From: Chamaesiphon sp.
GTDB lineage: Bacteria > Cyanobacteriota > Cyanobacteriia > Cyanobacteriales > Chamaesiphonaceae
Length of the DNA stretch: 64,000 nt
Reading direction: 5' to 3'
Assembly: GCA_965246715.1 (NCBI GenBank)
Contig: CBDFFH010000055.1
Coordinates: forward strand, 128,001 to 192,000
The translations under genes and the position numbers were made by a program. Below, piece by piece: positions 63,546 to 64,000 of the stretch (within the stretch, counting starts at the first letter, position 1; each line of letters opens with the position of its first letter). The notes beneath the pieces are model-generated. The model had not been told where the DNA came from. It did not search any database and saw only the letters and a program-made list of their open reading frames with translations.

Positions 63546-64000
63546 ATGCCCAAAACCTTATTTCAAGTCGATCTGACCAAACCGATGGACAAGCAGGAAT
63601 TGCCAGGACACAACCGCTGGCACCCAGAGATTCCGGCTGTTGTCTCCGTCAACCCTGGCGATATCTTTCGGATCGAATGTAAAGACTGGACGGACGGGCA
63701 AATAAAAAATAATGATAGCCCCGATGATATTCGGGATGTCGATCTGACTGTCGTTCACGTTTTGAGCGGCCCGATTTGGGTCAATGGTGCCGAACCCGGC
63801 GATATTTTAGTAGTAGATATCCTCGATATCGGCGCACTTCAAGGCGATGAATGGGGCTTTACTGGAATCTTTGATAAAAAGAATGGGGGCGGTTTCCTGA
63901 CCGACCATTTCCCCAATCCCGCTAAAGCCATATGGGATCTAGAAGGGATTTATACCAAGTCTCGCCACATTCCTGGCGTTCGCTTTGCGGGTATCACCCA
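63546..64000 (+). CDS. fmdA: Formamidase/acetamidase (partial, runs off the window)
   Basis: Not in the ORF track. Manual translation: MPKTLFQVDLTKPMDKQELPGHNRWHPEIP..ECKDWTDGQIKNND..HVLSGPI.V.GAEPGD..WGFTGIFDKKNGGGFLTDHF. Confidence 0.93.
   Translation, partial: MPKTLFQVDLTKPMDKQELPGHNRWHPEIPAVVSVNPGDIFRIECKDWTDGQIKNNDSPDDIRDVDLTVVHVLSGPIWVNGAEPGDILVVDILDIGALQGDEWGFTGIFDKKNGGGFLTDHFPNPAKAIWDLEGIYTKSRHIPGVRFAGIT

Overview
A 64 kb window of a cyanobacterial chromosome. The evidence is dense CGATCG/HIP1-type palindromes, heptamer tandem repeats, KGK, COP23, Uma2 and pentapeptide-repeat proteins, and a separate ATP synthase beta-epsilon operon. The many TCGATCGA octamers suggest a Chamaesiphon-like host (inference only). 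Housekeeping genes are cdaA-uppS, lnt, cobU, ureC, tRNA-Leu(GAG), cimA, bcp, valS, atpD-atpC, ribBA, argC and a formamidase cut off at the right edge. Mobile DNA is heavy and often resolvable to the base. It includes a triple-nested ISAs1>ISAs1>ISL3 stack with all three target duplications intact, an IS4-type element, and two near-identical 1230 bp IS701-like copies (one splits a Zn-ribbon gene, one splits an ISAzo13-type transposase). There is also a MITE nested in a dispersed repeat. The best candidates for undescribed biology are: (1) a minus-strand cluster at 31.9-38.2 kb encoding an RTX/HAF-repeat protein, a PPIase, two His-containing membrane proteins of unknown function, and a duplicated membrane-anchor module present once alone and once fused to a WD40 propeller; (2) a catalytically degenerate PilB/GspE ATPase fused to GrpE; (3) an intact HigB-like toxin whose antitoxin carries an amber stop just before its HTH; (4) a diverged duplicate of the argC 3' end in front of a Uma2 patch; (5) a permease-like protein with a Cys-rich tail upstream of formamidase, behind NtcA-like boxes. 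All family assignments come from motif recognition by eye; no database searches were run.
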